64,000 nt of DNA from an uncultured Acidimicrobiia bacterium (GTDB lineage Bacteria; Acidobacteriota; Terriglobia; Versatilivoradales; Versatilivoraceae): assembly GCA_963786955.1 (NCBI GenBank), contig CAWBAT010000006.1, forward strand, positions 160,001 to 224,000, written 5' to 3'. The position numbers and the translations under genes were made by a program. Below, one piece after another: positions 1 through 8,711 of this stretch (position 1 is the first letter of the stretch; each line of letters opens with the position of its first letter). The notes under the pieces were generated by a model. It made no database searches, was not told the DNA's origin, and worked only from the letters and a program-made list of their open reading frames with translations.

Positions 1-145
1 TTCTCGCCAGATCGGGCGCTCGGCATTTTCTCCGCCGGAACCTCGCACGCGTCCGCGTCGCTGAAGCCGAAAATTCTCTTGTAATATTTTTCCACAGTCA
101 CCCAGCCGGGGGCAATGGCATTCAGACGAATTTTCTTGTGCCGTA
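1..145 (-). pseudogene. 5'-truncated SDR-family oxidoreductase fragment running off the window edge
   Basis: Manual minus-strand translation gives LRHKKIRLNAIAPGWVTVEKYYKRIFGFS, matching the SDR 'IRVNAIAPG' motif; no SDR N-terminus upstream. Confidence 0.5.
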
Positions 146-282
146 GAGTCAAAAAACTCGAACGAATTGACAAGGCATGGTTTACACGCTTCCCCTCTTA
201 TCCCTTAAATTACCTTTTTTCCATCCTCGGATACAGTCTACAATCCCGACTCACTAACTCGTTTGAGACTAAAAGGATTGGA

Positions 283-421
283 ATAGATTGGTCTCGACTG
301 CCGGCCTGTATCAGCGGAACGGTTGACCATGAATTGCTGTTATGCAATAAATGTCTCGCTGCCGAAAATCAGATTCTCAAAGCCCGGATCCGGGATCGAT
401 TGCTACTTCCCGACGCTGAGA
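283..421 (+). pseudogene. N-terminal remnant of an integrase-core (IS3/IS481-like) transposase
   Basis: IDWSRLPACISGTVDHELLLCNKCLAAENQILKARIRDRLLLPDAER resembles the 'MDW..LLAYITGTVDQELLLRNEYL..ENRIL' transposase N-terminus; start codon decayed to ATA; ends abruptly at the repeat cluster at 421. Confidence 0.6.
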
Positions 422-498
422 GAAATGGGGTAGAAATGGGGTCACATCTTTAGAAATGGGGTCATAGAAATGGGGTCACATCTTTCTTTTTTCTAAAT
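421..498. repeat. Four staggered direct copies of AGAAATGGGGT(CACATCTTT)
   Basis: Copies start at 421, 432, 452 and 466 and have different lengths. Confidence 0.9.
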
Positions 499-865
499 AT
501 TTCAACGCCTGTTTCAGCACTCTTTTCAGCTTTGGGTCCTCGCTGTGACCTGCTTCAAACTCACGGGGATCGCCCGACTATGGTTGCGCTCGCTCGTCTC
601 CACCCCCAGGTGAAAATGATTGTCCGTCCGCACATAGCACCAGGGCCGAAGCTAGAAACGCTCGCTTGGTTCGGCCAGTAATGCGCGAAAATTCAACCGG
701 TCAATCTCGTCCCGGTAAAGGACGCGGCGTTCATTGCCACGCGCTGTTACGTGGTAACAACTGCCGGCCAGATGGATCCGCAAGGGTCGGCTCATCAGGC
801 CCCATCTTGTCTCCGCAGCGAGAACTCGTCAATCCATTTAAGAACAAAGAAAGATGTGACCCCAT
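470..865. mobile_element. Non-autonomous RAYT-type element bounded by ~30-bp inverted repeats
   Basis: ATGGGGTCACATCTTTCTTT at 470-489 is the exact reverse complement of 846-865; imperfect pairing extends to 498/836. Confidence 0.8.
476..795 (-). pseudogene. Internally deleted REP-associated tyrosine transposase (RAYT, Y1_Tnp HUH)
   Basis: Manual translation MSRPLRIHLAGSCYHVTARGNERRVLYRDEIDR...*LRPWCYVRTDNHFHLGVET (HUH motif HFH, in-frame stop), then a jump to the C-terminal EDPKLKRVLKQALKYLEKRKM*; the stop codon lies inside the left inverted repeat. Confidence 0.8.
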
Positions 866-973
866 ACTCTCCCTCGGACCACGGGCCTGTCTGGCTACAA
901 AACACATGAGGATGACAGACAAGGTTGGCTGCATATCATAACCCACCGCCAAAAAAAAATCAGGCCGTCGCGC

Positions 974-2320
974 TTAATGGCCGCCCATCGGGCGGCCGCT
1001 GGTCATCGACTCGCACTTGCTCAGTTTCGGCCAGGCGTAACCGTAGAGGGACACGAAGGCGAAGCAGGCCAACGGCACTACGAAGGCGCGCGACATGCCA
1101 TAAAGATCGCCGACATGGCCCATCAGCTTGGGTAGGATCGCGCCGCCCATAATGGCCATTACGATGAAGGCCGAGGCCTTCTTGGCCCGGAGGCCCAGGC
1201 CGTGGATACCCAGAGCGAAAATGGTCGGAAACATGATCGACATGAAGAAGTAACTGAGGAACACGCAGATCACCGAGAACCAGCCCAGTTTGAGGACCAC
1301 GAGCAGGCAGACCATGACGTTAATCAGGCCATATAGGCCCAGCACCTTGTGGGCGGCAAACTTCTTGAGGATGGCAGCGCCGCTGAACCGGCCGGCCAGA
1401 AAGCAAACGAAACCGAGGGAAGCCAGATTGGCAGCACCCTTGTCGGACAGCGTGAGGGAGCCCGCCTTGCCCGCTTCAAACCAGTTTCTTAGGGTGCCGG
1501 AGGTCCACGCATCCGGAACCGGCGGCGTTTGCGACGTCATGTAGTTGATGAAGAAGCTGAAGATGCCGGCCTGGGCGGCCACGTAAAGGAATTGAGCCGC
1601 CACCGCCATCACGAAGTGCGAATGCGTCCAGATGGAATGAGAGGCATTCGACATGGAATCGTCCAGGTGGTAATCGTCCTCCATTTTCACTTCCGGGACA
1701 GGGGCGAAGTAGAAGATCGCGGCCAGGATGATCACCACCACACCCACAGCGGCGTAGGGAATCCACAGCGTCTGCGCCGCGGTGCTCGCGCCGCTGGCGT
1801 CCTTGCTGTAGAAAAACGCGGCGCCAGCAATGGGACCGAAAATCCAGCCGATGCCGTTGCAGGACTGGGCGAGATTGATGCGGGTGGCCGCGAAGCGCAG
1901 GTCTCCGAGCACCGTAGTATAAGGGTTGGCAACCGTCTCGAGGAAGGTCAAGCCCGCGGCGATGACGCACACGCCGAGCAGGAAAGCCCAGAAAGAAGCG
2001 ATTTGGGTCGCCGGGAAGAACCAGAACCCACCCACCGCCACCATCAGCAGACCCACAATGATGCCGCCTTTGTAGCCGAGCTTCGTAGCCAGCCAGCCGG
2101 CCGGCAGCGCCATCAGAAAGTAGCCGAGGTAGTGCGCAAACTGCACCCAGGCGGATTGGGCCAGCGTCAAGTGGAGTTCGCTCTGAAAGTGCTTGTCCAT
2201 CACGTCGATCATGCCGTTGCAGAAGCCCCAGAGCAAGAATAACGAGCTGACGAGGATGAACGTGACCACCACGTTCGTACCGTCAGCAAGAACGAACATG
2301 CTTTTCTGTTGATCGCTCAT
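974..2320 (-). CDS. FucP-like sugar:H+ symporter (MFS)
   Basis: LFLLWGF, ETVANPY, RINLAQSCNG, SIMFPTIF and MAIMGGA motifs; start chosen at MSDQQK. Confidence 0.85.
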   Translation of the reverse strand: MSDQQKSMFVLADGTNVVVTFILVSSLFLLWGFCNGMIDVMDKHFQSELHLTLAQSAWVQFAHYLGYFLMALPAGWLATKLGYKGGIIVGLLMVAVGGFWFFPATQIASFWAFLLGVCVIAAGLTFLETVANPYTTVLGDLRFAATRINLAQSCNGIGWIFGPIAGAAFFYSKDASGASTAAQTLWIPYAAVGVVVIILAAIFYFAPVPEVKMEDDYHLDDSMSNASHSIWTHSHFVMAVAAQFLYVAAQAGIFSFFINYMTSQTPPVPDAWTSGTLRNWFEAGKAGSLTLSDKGAANLASLGFVCFLAGRFSGAAILKKFAAHKVLGLYGLINVMVCLLVVLKLGWFSVICVFLSYFFMSIMFPTIFALGIHGLGLRAKKASAFIVMAIMGGAILPKLMGHVGDLYGMSRAFVVPLACFAFVSLYGYAWPKLSKCESMTSGRPMGGH

Positions 2321-2860
2321 TATTCTTTGTCCTTTCGCCAGGTTGTGAGGCGGGCAGACTAGCAGACCCGGCCCGACTTCGTCAAACACGTAAGCAAACC
2401 TGTAAGCAAACCTGTCCTTCAACAAGACCCCATCCGCTCCAATGTGAACTAGATCCGTAACAGAGGGTTTTCGTCCGGCACAATCACCCAGATTTCGTGC
2501 TCCCTTGTGGGATGGCGTTCCATTGGCCGTATTACGGCGTCATCGGAAACTGACAGCTCTGCGGATGGGCTACCATTTGAAGTTTCCGGTTAGCCGACTA
2601 CACAACCAAATTGTCAGTCAGCTTAAAGGACGTGATGAGTTCCGGCCCGCTATTCGTGGATCGGGGTGCTCGCCAGCATTGCCCCTCTCCGCTTGGCCGG
2701 CACACCCAGAATAAAGTACTCGACGGGCAGAATGGAACGATCTACCATCGAGTGGTGGCCAGTATCTGAACTGGTTGTCTCAGCCGCGGGGGCAAGCGCA
2801 TCGGCCATCCTCATCCTCGACGGAGTGTTGCGGCCGGCGTTATAGCAAAAGGAGAATCAC

Positions 2861-3811
2861 ATGGCTGAAAAGAAGATCATTGCGGTGTTGGGCGCTACAG
2901 GCGCTCAGGGCGGCGGTCTCGTACGCGCGATTTTGAGCAATCCGAATGGGGGCTTTGCCGCGCGAGTTATTACGCGCGACGTCAACTCCGATAAAGCGAA
3001 AGAGCTGGCAAAGTTGGGCGCTGAGGTCGTTGCGGCCGACATCGATGATGCCAAGAGCCTCGAGACAGCGTTTCAAGGCGCCTATGGCGCGTTCTGTGTT
3101 ACGTTCTATTGGGCGCACTTCTCGCCCGAAAAGGAGTTAGCCCAGGCCACCGCCATGGCCCACGCCGCTAAGCGCGCCGACAACCAGCACGTCATCTGGT
3201 CCAGCTTAGAAGACACGCGCAAGTGGGTGCCTCTCAGCGACAATCGCATGCCCACCCTCATGGGTAAATACAAGGTGCCGCACTTCGACGCCAAGGGCGA
3301 GGCCGACCAGGTATTCATCGGGCTGGGCCTGCCTGTGACTATCCTGCTTGCTTCGTTTTACTGGGACAACTTCGTCCACTTCGGCATGGGTCCCAAGAGG
3401 GGCCCGGACGGCAAGTTGGCTATCACGCTACCCATGGGTGGCAAGAAGCTTGCTGGCATCGCCGCTGAGGATATCGGCAAATGTGCCCTGGGCATCTTCA
3501 AGGATCGTCGCGAGTACATCGGCAAGACGGTCGGCATCGCTGGCGAGCATTTAACCGGTGTGCAGATGGCCGCCACGCTCACCAGGGCGTTGGGTCAAGA
3601 GGTGCGCTACAACGATGTATCACCGGACGTCTATCGCGGCTTTGGTTTCCCAGGAGCCGAGGATCTGGGCAATATGTTCCAGTTCTATCGCGATTTCGAG
3701 GAGTATTTCTGCGGCGCCCGCAATCTCGGGACCTCTCGCGCCCTGAACCCTTCTCTGCGGACATTTGAAGCGTGGCTCGCCGAAAACAAGAACCGCATTC
3801 CGCTCGAATAA
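2861..3811 (+). CDS. NmrA/HSCARG family NAD(P)-binding protein
   Basis: GATGAQGG Rossmann motif, VPHFDAK; AGGAG RBS. Confidence 0.9.
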   Translation: MAEKKIIAVLGATGAQGGGLVRAILSNPNGGFAARVITRDVNSDKAKELAKLGAEVVAADIDDAKSLETAFQGAYGAFCVTFYWAHFSPEKELAQATAMAHAAKRADNQHVIWSSLEDTRKWVPLSDNRMPTLMGKYKVPHFDAKGEADQVFIGLGLPVTILLASFYWDNFVHFGMGPKRGPDGKLAITLPMGGKKLAGIAAEDIGKCALGIFKDRREYIGKTVGIAGEHLTGVQMAATLTRALGQEVRYNDVSPDVYRGFGFPGAEDLGNMFQFYRDFEEYFCGARNLGTSRALNPSLRTFEAWLAENKNRIPLE

Positions 3812-3907
3812 GTTAAGACCTTGCACCGGGCCGTAGGGGCTTGCAACGCCTCTTACGAAGGTCGGCTTGGGATTCTAAGCTTCGAAAGCGCTCTTCCGGA
3901 GGGCAAA

Positions 3908-4807
3908 ATGAAAACCCGTCAAGTCGTCTCCACTGTCGCAGCAATTCTCGCAGCTTTTGGCATCGGCTATTCCGCACCAAGGGCCGCTCGCGTCCTTGGC
4001 ACACCGTCCAGTCTCGGCAACGGCACTGTCGCAAGCTATGCCGAGTTCGACAAGTCCGGCGCCCCGAAGGCAATCGGCGTGGTCTTTTCGGCCGGCGCCC
4101 TGGACGCCTTGCCGGCGGCGCCGTCTGACGGGCATCGTTGCTTCGACGCCAACAACGACGGTGTGATCGACCTCGCCACCGAATGCTCGGGCTGGCACGA
4201 GCGCGTCCTTCCCGTTCCGAGCGAGGCCAGCAGTCGGCTGGATGTCCCGTTCAAGTGGGCTCTGCTCAACTGGAACCCCCGCGGGCACATCCCGCCAGGC
4301 GTGTTCGACACGCCTCACTTCGACGTTCATTTCTATATCGAGCCGATTGAGAACATCTTCGCTATCCAGCGGGGAACCTGCGGCCCCGAAATGGTTCGGT
4401 GCGACCAGTTCGCGCTGGCACGCAAGCCCGTGCCGGGAAACTACCTGCCTCCGAATTTCCAGGACCTGGGGCTGGTCGCACCGGCCATGGGCAATCATCT
4501 GGTCGACCCGACGGATCACGTATTCCACGGCGAAAAGTTCAAACGCCATTGGATCTATGGCGCCTACGACGGCCGGGTCATCTTCTACGAGGAGATGGTC
4601 GACCGCGGCTACATGTTGTCGAAGCCCGACGTGTGCTTCCCGATCCAGTCACCTGACGCCGTTGCACTAACCGGGTACTACCCGACCCGGTCGTGCGTTC
4701 GCTACGCGCCCAGGAAAGACGAATACACAGTCTCCATGGAGGATTTCGTGCTTCGCAAGGCGAGCCCTCCCGGGCCGGCTCGGGACACGGCGAGCGGCAA
4801 GCCGTAG
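3908..4807 (+). CDS. Secreted DUF5602/TTHB210-like protein
   Basis: N-terminal signal peptide; NWNPRGH, PHFDVHFY, PAMGNH and IYGAYDGRVIFYEEM motifs. Confidence 0.7.
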   Translation: MKTRQVVSTVAAILAAFGIGYSAPRAARVLGTPSSLGNGTVASYAEFDKSGAPKAIGVVFSAGALDALPAAPSDGHRCFDANNDGVIDLATECSGWHERVLPVPSEASSRLDVPFKWALLNWNPRGHIPPGVFDTPHFDVHFYIEPIENIFAIQRGTCGPEMVRCDQFALARKPVPGNYLPPNFQDLGLVAPAMGNHLVDPTDHVFHGEKFKRHWIYGAYDGRVIFYEEMVDRGYMLSKPDVCFPIQSPDAVALTGYYPTRSCVRYAPRKDEYTVSMEDFVLRKASPPGPARDTASGKP

Positions 4808-4968
4808 TACGTACTTGCGGTTTGTTCACTCGATGAAAACGAGCATGGCTGTCCACCCGAAAAACCTCGTATCCTTTGATTGATAAGAAGTTAGAGAAGT
4901 TGTAAGGGCGGCCCACCTCTTGCGCACCTAAGTTATTTTTTCCAAATGCAGTCAACAAGTTGATAGAA

Positions 4969-5044
4969 TTCGCAATCGGCAGGTCATCAGTTCAATTCCG
5001 ATCGTCAGATCAATACTATTAAATTATATTTTATCAATGACTTG
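4969..5044 (+). other. Degenerate 3' half of a tRNA-Thr (att-site-like) followed by an IHF consensus site
   Basis: TTCGCAATCGGCAGGTCATCAGTTCAATTCCGATCGTCAGATCA has a T-arm ATCAG-TTCAATT-CCGAT with one mismatch; TATCAATGACTTG at 5032-5044 fits WATCAANNNNTTR. Confidence 0.6.
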
Positions 5045-5200
5045 AGTCACTGAAATTAATCTAATAATTAATATATAGAAGCAATCTGAAGAAGAACAAT
5101 TTGAAAGTCCAGCTCCGTATTAGGGTGCCTAGAGCCAGTAAACGCCGGAACCTAATACTCCATGTCGGATAGCAGGGCCCAGATCATTAAGGAGTGCTCC

Positions 5201-5533
5201 ATGCTCTATCATTGGCTCATCTTAACGATAGTCCTTTTAATCGTCTCTTATCTCTATTCCGGCCTGCGTGTCGATAACCTCCCTTCGGCCATTATAGGCG
5301 CCGCGGTTCTCGGGATCCTCAATACGCTCGTCCGTCCAGTCCTCCAGTTCTTTGCCCTGCCCATCACTATTCTGACACTAGGTATTTTCTATTTCGTAGT
5401 TAACGGACTGATGTTGTACTGGACTGCGTCTCTTGTGAAGGGTTTTGCTGTCAAGAGTTTTGGTTCTGCAATGGTTGCATCCATCCTGGTCAGCCTGGTC
5501 AGCCTTCTACTCAATTACCTTCTCAGTCGCTGA
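5201..5533 (+). CDS. 4-TM phage holin family (YvlD-like) membrane protein
   Basis: LNTLVRPVL...LPITILTLGIFYFVVNG motif; AAGGAG RBS. Confidence 0.85.
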   Translation: MLYHWLILTIVLLIVSYLYSGLRVDNLPSAIIGAAVLGILNTLVRPVLQFFALPITILTLGIFYFVVNGLMLYWTASLVKGFAVKSFGSAMVASILVSLVSLLLNYLLSR

Positions 5534-6203
5534 CAGCTGGAATTGATCCAGTCACCGCAAGTCATGGAACCCTTCGTTCTTCGGTCTCTATTCCTATGCT
5601 GAGCGGTGTAATGGTAGGTCAACCAGAAATTCCCGCTGCAGCGAAATCGACAACGGGCCGCTCCTGACAGAGCTTTGTTTCGCAACGAACAACAAGTTCT
5701 ATTCTATATAGAGGCCGCAGCGCAGCGGCTTTGCCTCGGGTGAAATTTCCGGAGACTATTTCGTTCAAGAAGCCAACGGCACCGTTAGAAGCTCCCGATT
5801 ATAGTAATCAGAGGCAATCTATCCTGAGAACTCCAGAGGAGCGATCCTTGGCTCCGCTGAATCTTCTCGACACATCTGCCTACAAGCCGGTAGCCACGAT
5901 TGACGCCCGCTCTGCGGGAATCGTGGGCTTGTGCCTTGTGGTTGGGCGCAGGCTAATTAAATTCCCTCGATGGTGTTCCGCGCTCCACGATTGACCGGCC
6001 AAACGCGCCATTCAATCGTGGCTACCACTTTCACAAAAAACCGGAATCTAAACCAGGCAGGAGAGCTGTCTCGAAATCGAGAGGTTATTCTTCCAATGAT
6101 GCCGACCGCGATCGACGCTCACGGCCTCTCCAAACTCGCCGTTCTCTCTCTTATGATCAGCCTTCACGAAGGAAAAACCCTCCTCCACTAGAATTCTAAC
6201 AAT

Positions 6204-6272
6204 CTTTTTACGCAATCTTAATGAACTCTTTAGGAAGCATTTATGACTTCCTAATGTACCGGAAACTATAGT
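6204..6272 (+). promoter_or_regulatory. Putative KdpE-activated promoter
   Basis: TTTA/TTAA half-sites at 6207, 6218, 6229 and 6240 (exact 11-bp period), followed by TATAGT at 6267-6272. Confidence 0.6.
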
Positions 6273-6349
6273 GCACACTGACTGCTGGAACTCATTTATG
6301 GAGCAATTGAAGCCAGCAAACAAAGATAGGACGACAGCGGAGGTAGCAA

Positions 6350-6562
6350 ATGCTCATGACATGTGAAAGCGTGATTAGACATGTATCCCAGGTCACTCGG
6401 CTGACCCCAGCCACATTACTCGTCTTCTTCCCGGCTCGAGTGGAGAAAATAGCCAGTCAAATGAGGCGAAACATCCTGCTTTTATCGAGAGACCTCGACG
6501 GATTTGTTTCACTCTGCCTGGCACGATTCATCGTCTGGAGACAGACGCACAAAAATCGTTGA
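6350..6562 (+). CDS. Hypothetical 70-aa protein heading the kdp transcript
   Basis: GGAGGT RBS just upstream of the ATG; lies between the promoter and the kdp peptides; no recognisable family. Confidence 0.35.
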   Translation: MLMTCESVIRHVSQVTRLTPATLLVFFPARVEKIASQMRRNILLLSRDLDGFVSLCLARFIVWRQTHKNR

Positions 6563-6592
6563 CACCGCCTGCGCCCAAAGGAGGTCGGCCTC

Positions 6593-6676
6593 ATGCTCGA
6601 TATTTTGTTTCTCGCCATTGTAGTCATTTTCTTTCTGTTATCACTCTATTACGTGCAGTTCTGTGAGCGCGTGTAG
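6593..6676 (+). CDS. 27-aa hydrophobic peptide upstream of kdpF (MLDILFLAIVVIFFLLSLYYVQFCERV)
   Basis: Manual translation; AAGGAGG RBS; single TM; below the ORF-track cutoff. Confidence 0.75.
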   Translation: MLDILFLAIVVIFFLLSLYYVQFCERV

Positions 6677-6688
6677 GAGGAGGGATGA

Positions 6689-6778
6689 ATGAACCAGGAA
6701 TACTGGATCAGCGGTCTTATTAGTGTCGCCTTGTTCGTGTATTTGACTTATGCCCTTCTGAAGCCAGAAAACTTCTAG
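6689..6778 (+). CDS. kdpF: K+-transporting ATPase subunit F
   Basis: MNQEYWISGLISVALFVYLTYALLKPENF with the YLxYALLxPExF motif; GGAGG RBS. Confidence 0.92.
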   Translation: MNQEYWISGLISVALFVYLTYALLKPENF

Positions 6779-6876
6779 GGCACAGGCGCCTTTCAGTCGG
6801 CAGGAGGCAAACCCCGACAAGGACGGATGTTGGACAATTGTCGAGAGTCAAATGTTTTATCATGTGGAGGAATAGA

Positions 6877-8667
6877 ATGACAGTCAACGGATTCTTGCAA
6901 CTTGCAATTTATTTCTTGGCGGTTCTAGCCGTGACCAAGCCACTGGGTCTCTTCATGGCAAAATTTTTCTCCGGGGAGCCAACCCTCGCGGGAAAACTCC
7001 TGGGTCCGCTGGAGCGGCTTATTTACCGGATCTGCCGAGTCAACGAACACGAAGAGCAACACTGGACTGCCTACACAGCCGCCATGCTGATATTTAATCT
7101 CGTAGGATTGGTCGTCCTCTACGGCTTTGAGCGCCTGCAATACTATTTGCCCCACAACCCGCAAGGATTTACGGGGGTTGCACCCGACTTGGCTTTTAAC
7201 ACGGCCGTCAGTTTTACCACAAACACGAATTGGCAGGCTTACACAGGTGAAGCCACGATGAGTTACTTCACCCAAATGGCCGGGTTGGCCTTTCATAATT
7301 TTACATCGGCGGCTACCGGTATCGTCCTGGCCGTGGCCTTCATTCGCGGGATCGCGCGTCGTAAAGCCAGCACAATCGGTAATTTCTGGGTAGACTTGAC
7401 GCGCACGACACTCTACCTCTTGCTTCCCATTTGCGTTATTGGAGCGCTGGTTTTGGTATCACAGGGAGTCGTCCAAAACTTCGGTCCTTATACTCAAGCT
7501 ACGTTGGTTGAACCTCAAAAAGTTAAGAAGACCGATGAAAAAGGCATGAAGACGACCGAGACGATAACAACCCAGACGATAGCCCAGGGACCGGTGGCTT
7601 CACAGGAAATCATTAAAATGCTGGGCACGAATGGTGGGGGATTCTTTAATGCCAACTCGTCACATCCCTATGAAAATCCGACACCGCTTTCTAATTTCCT
7701 GGAGATGTTTTGTATCTTTGCCATTTCGTCCGGGTTGACCTATACATTGGGTCGAATGACGGGCAACCAAAAACATGGTTGGGGGGTGTTTGCCGCCATG
7801 GCCTTCCTTTTTCTCGCCGGTTTTTTGGTTACATATTATTTCGAGTCGCAAGGAAATCCAATCTTCAATCAATACGGGATTGACCAGACACCAAATGAGT
7901 CTCCTGGGAAAGAACAATCAGGAGGAAATATGGAAGGCAAGGAGGTCCGCTTTGGGATCATGAATTCGGCTTTGTTTGCCACGGCCACCACAGACGCGTC
8001 TTGTGGTGCCGTCAATTCAATGCACGATTCCTTTACGCCTCTTGGCGGGATGATTCCCCTTCTTAATATCATGCTGGGTGAAATCATCTTTGGAGGGGTG
8101 GGGGCAGGCCTATACGGCATGCTGGTGATGGTCGTCCTGACGGTCTTCATTGCTGGGCTGATGGTGGGGCGGACGCCCGAGTATTTCGGCAAAAAAATCG
8201 AAGCGAAAGACGTTAAATTAGCCATGCTTTATGTTCTGATTTTCGCTCTCTGTATTCTTGGATTCAGCGCCTGGTCGAGCGTCGCCGATTACGGAACGTC
8301 AAAAGTCAACAACACTGGCCCCCATGGACTCTCCGAGATTGTCTACGCCTATACCTCAGCAACCGGGAACAACGGTTCGGCCTTTGCAGGAATCACGGTC
8401 AATACTCTTTGGTACAACACGACATTGGGCTTGGCCATGCTGTTTGGACGATTCTTCATGATTATCCCGATGATGGGTATCGCCGGCAACTTGGCCTCGA
8501 AGAAAGTTACGCCTCCGTCGGCCGGAACGTTCCCGGTTCACACGCCGCTTTTTGTCGGCTTGCTCGTCAGCGTGATCTTGATCGTCGGTGCATTGACCTT
8601 CTTCCCCATGCTCTCCCTTGGGCCGATTGTGGAACATTTTCTGATGAAAGAAGGGACAACTTTCTAG
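6877..8667 (+). CDS. kdpA: K+-transporting ATPase subunit A
   Basis: SFTTNTNWQ, LGTNGGGFFNANS, SCGAVNSMHDS and GNNGSAFAG motifs. Confidence 0.97.
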   Translation: MTVNGFLQLAIYFLAVLAVTKPLGLFMAKFFSGEPTLAGKLLGPLERLIYRICRVNEHEEQHWTAYTAAMLIFNLVGLVVLYGFERLQYYLPHNPQGFTGVAPDLAFNTAVSFTTNTNWQAYTGEATMSYFTQMAGLAFHNFTSAATGIVLAVAFIRGIARRKASTIGNFWVDLTRTTLYLLLPICVIGALVLVSQGVVQNFGPYTQATLVEPQKVKKTDEKGMKTTETITTQTIAQGPVASQEIIKMLGTNGGGFFNANSSHPYENPTPLSNFLEMFCIFAISSGLTYTLGRMTGNQKHGWGVFAAMAFLFLAGFLVTYYFESQGNPIFNQYGIDQTPNESPGKEQSGGNMEGKEVRFGIMNSALFATATTDASCGAVNSMHDSFTPLGGMIPLLNIMLGEIIFGGVGAGLYGMLVMVVLTVFIAGLMVGRTPEYFGKKIEAKDVKLAMLYVLIFALCILGFSAWSSVADYGTSKVNNTGPHGLSEIVYAYTSATGNNGSAFAGITVNTLWYNTTLGLAMLFGRFFMIIPMMGIAGNLASKKVTPPSAGTFPVHTPLFVGLLVSVILIVGALTFFPMLSLGPIVEHFLMKEGTTF

Positions 8668-8711
8668 TATAAAAATGTGACTTGATTTTTTTTGGATAGA
8701 GAGAGGAGACC

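Noticed and set aside
5201-5533. Prophage suggested by the 'phage holin' family gene
   Set aside because: YvlD-like 4-TM proteins are common chromosomal genes and no phage genes are nearby
5534-6200. Short ORFs 5731-5994, 5970-6191 and 6048-6323
   Set aside because: No RBS or family motifs; they overlap each other and the kdp promoter region
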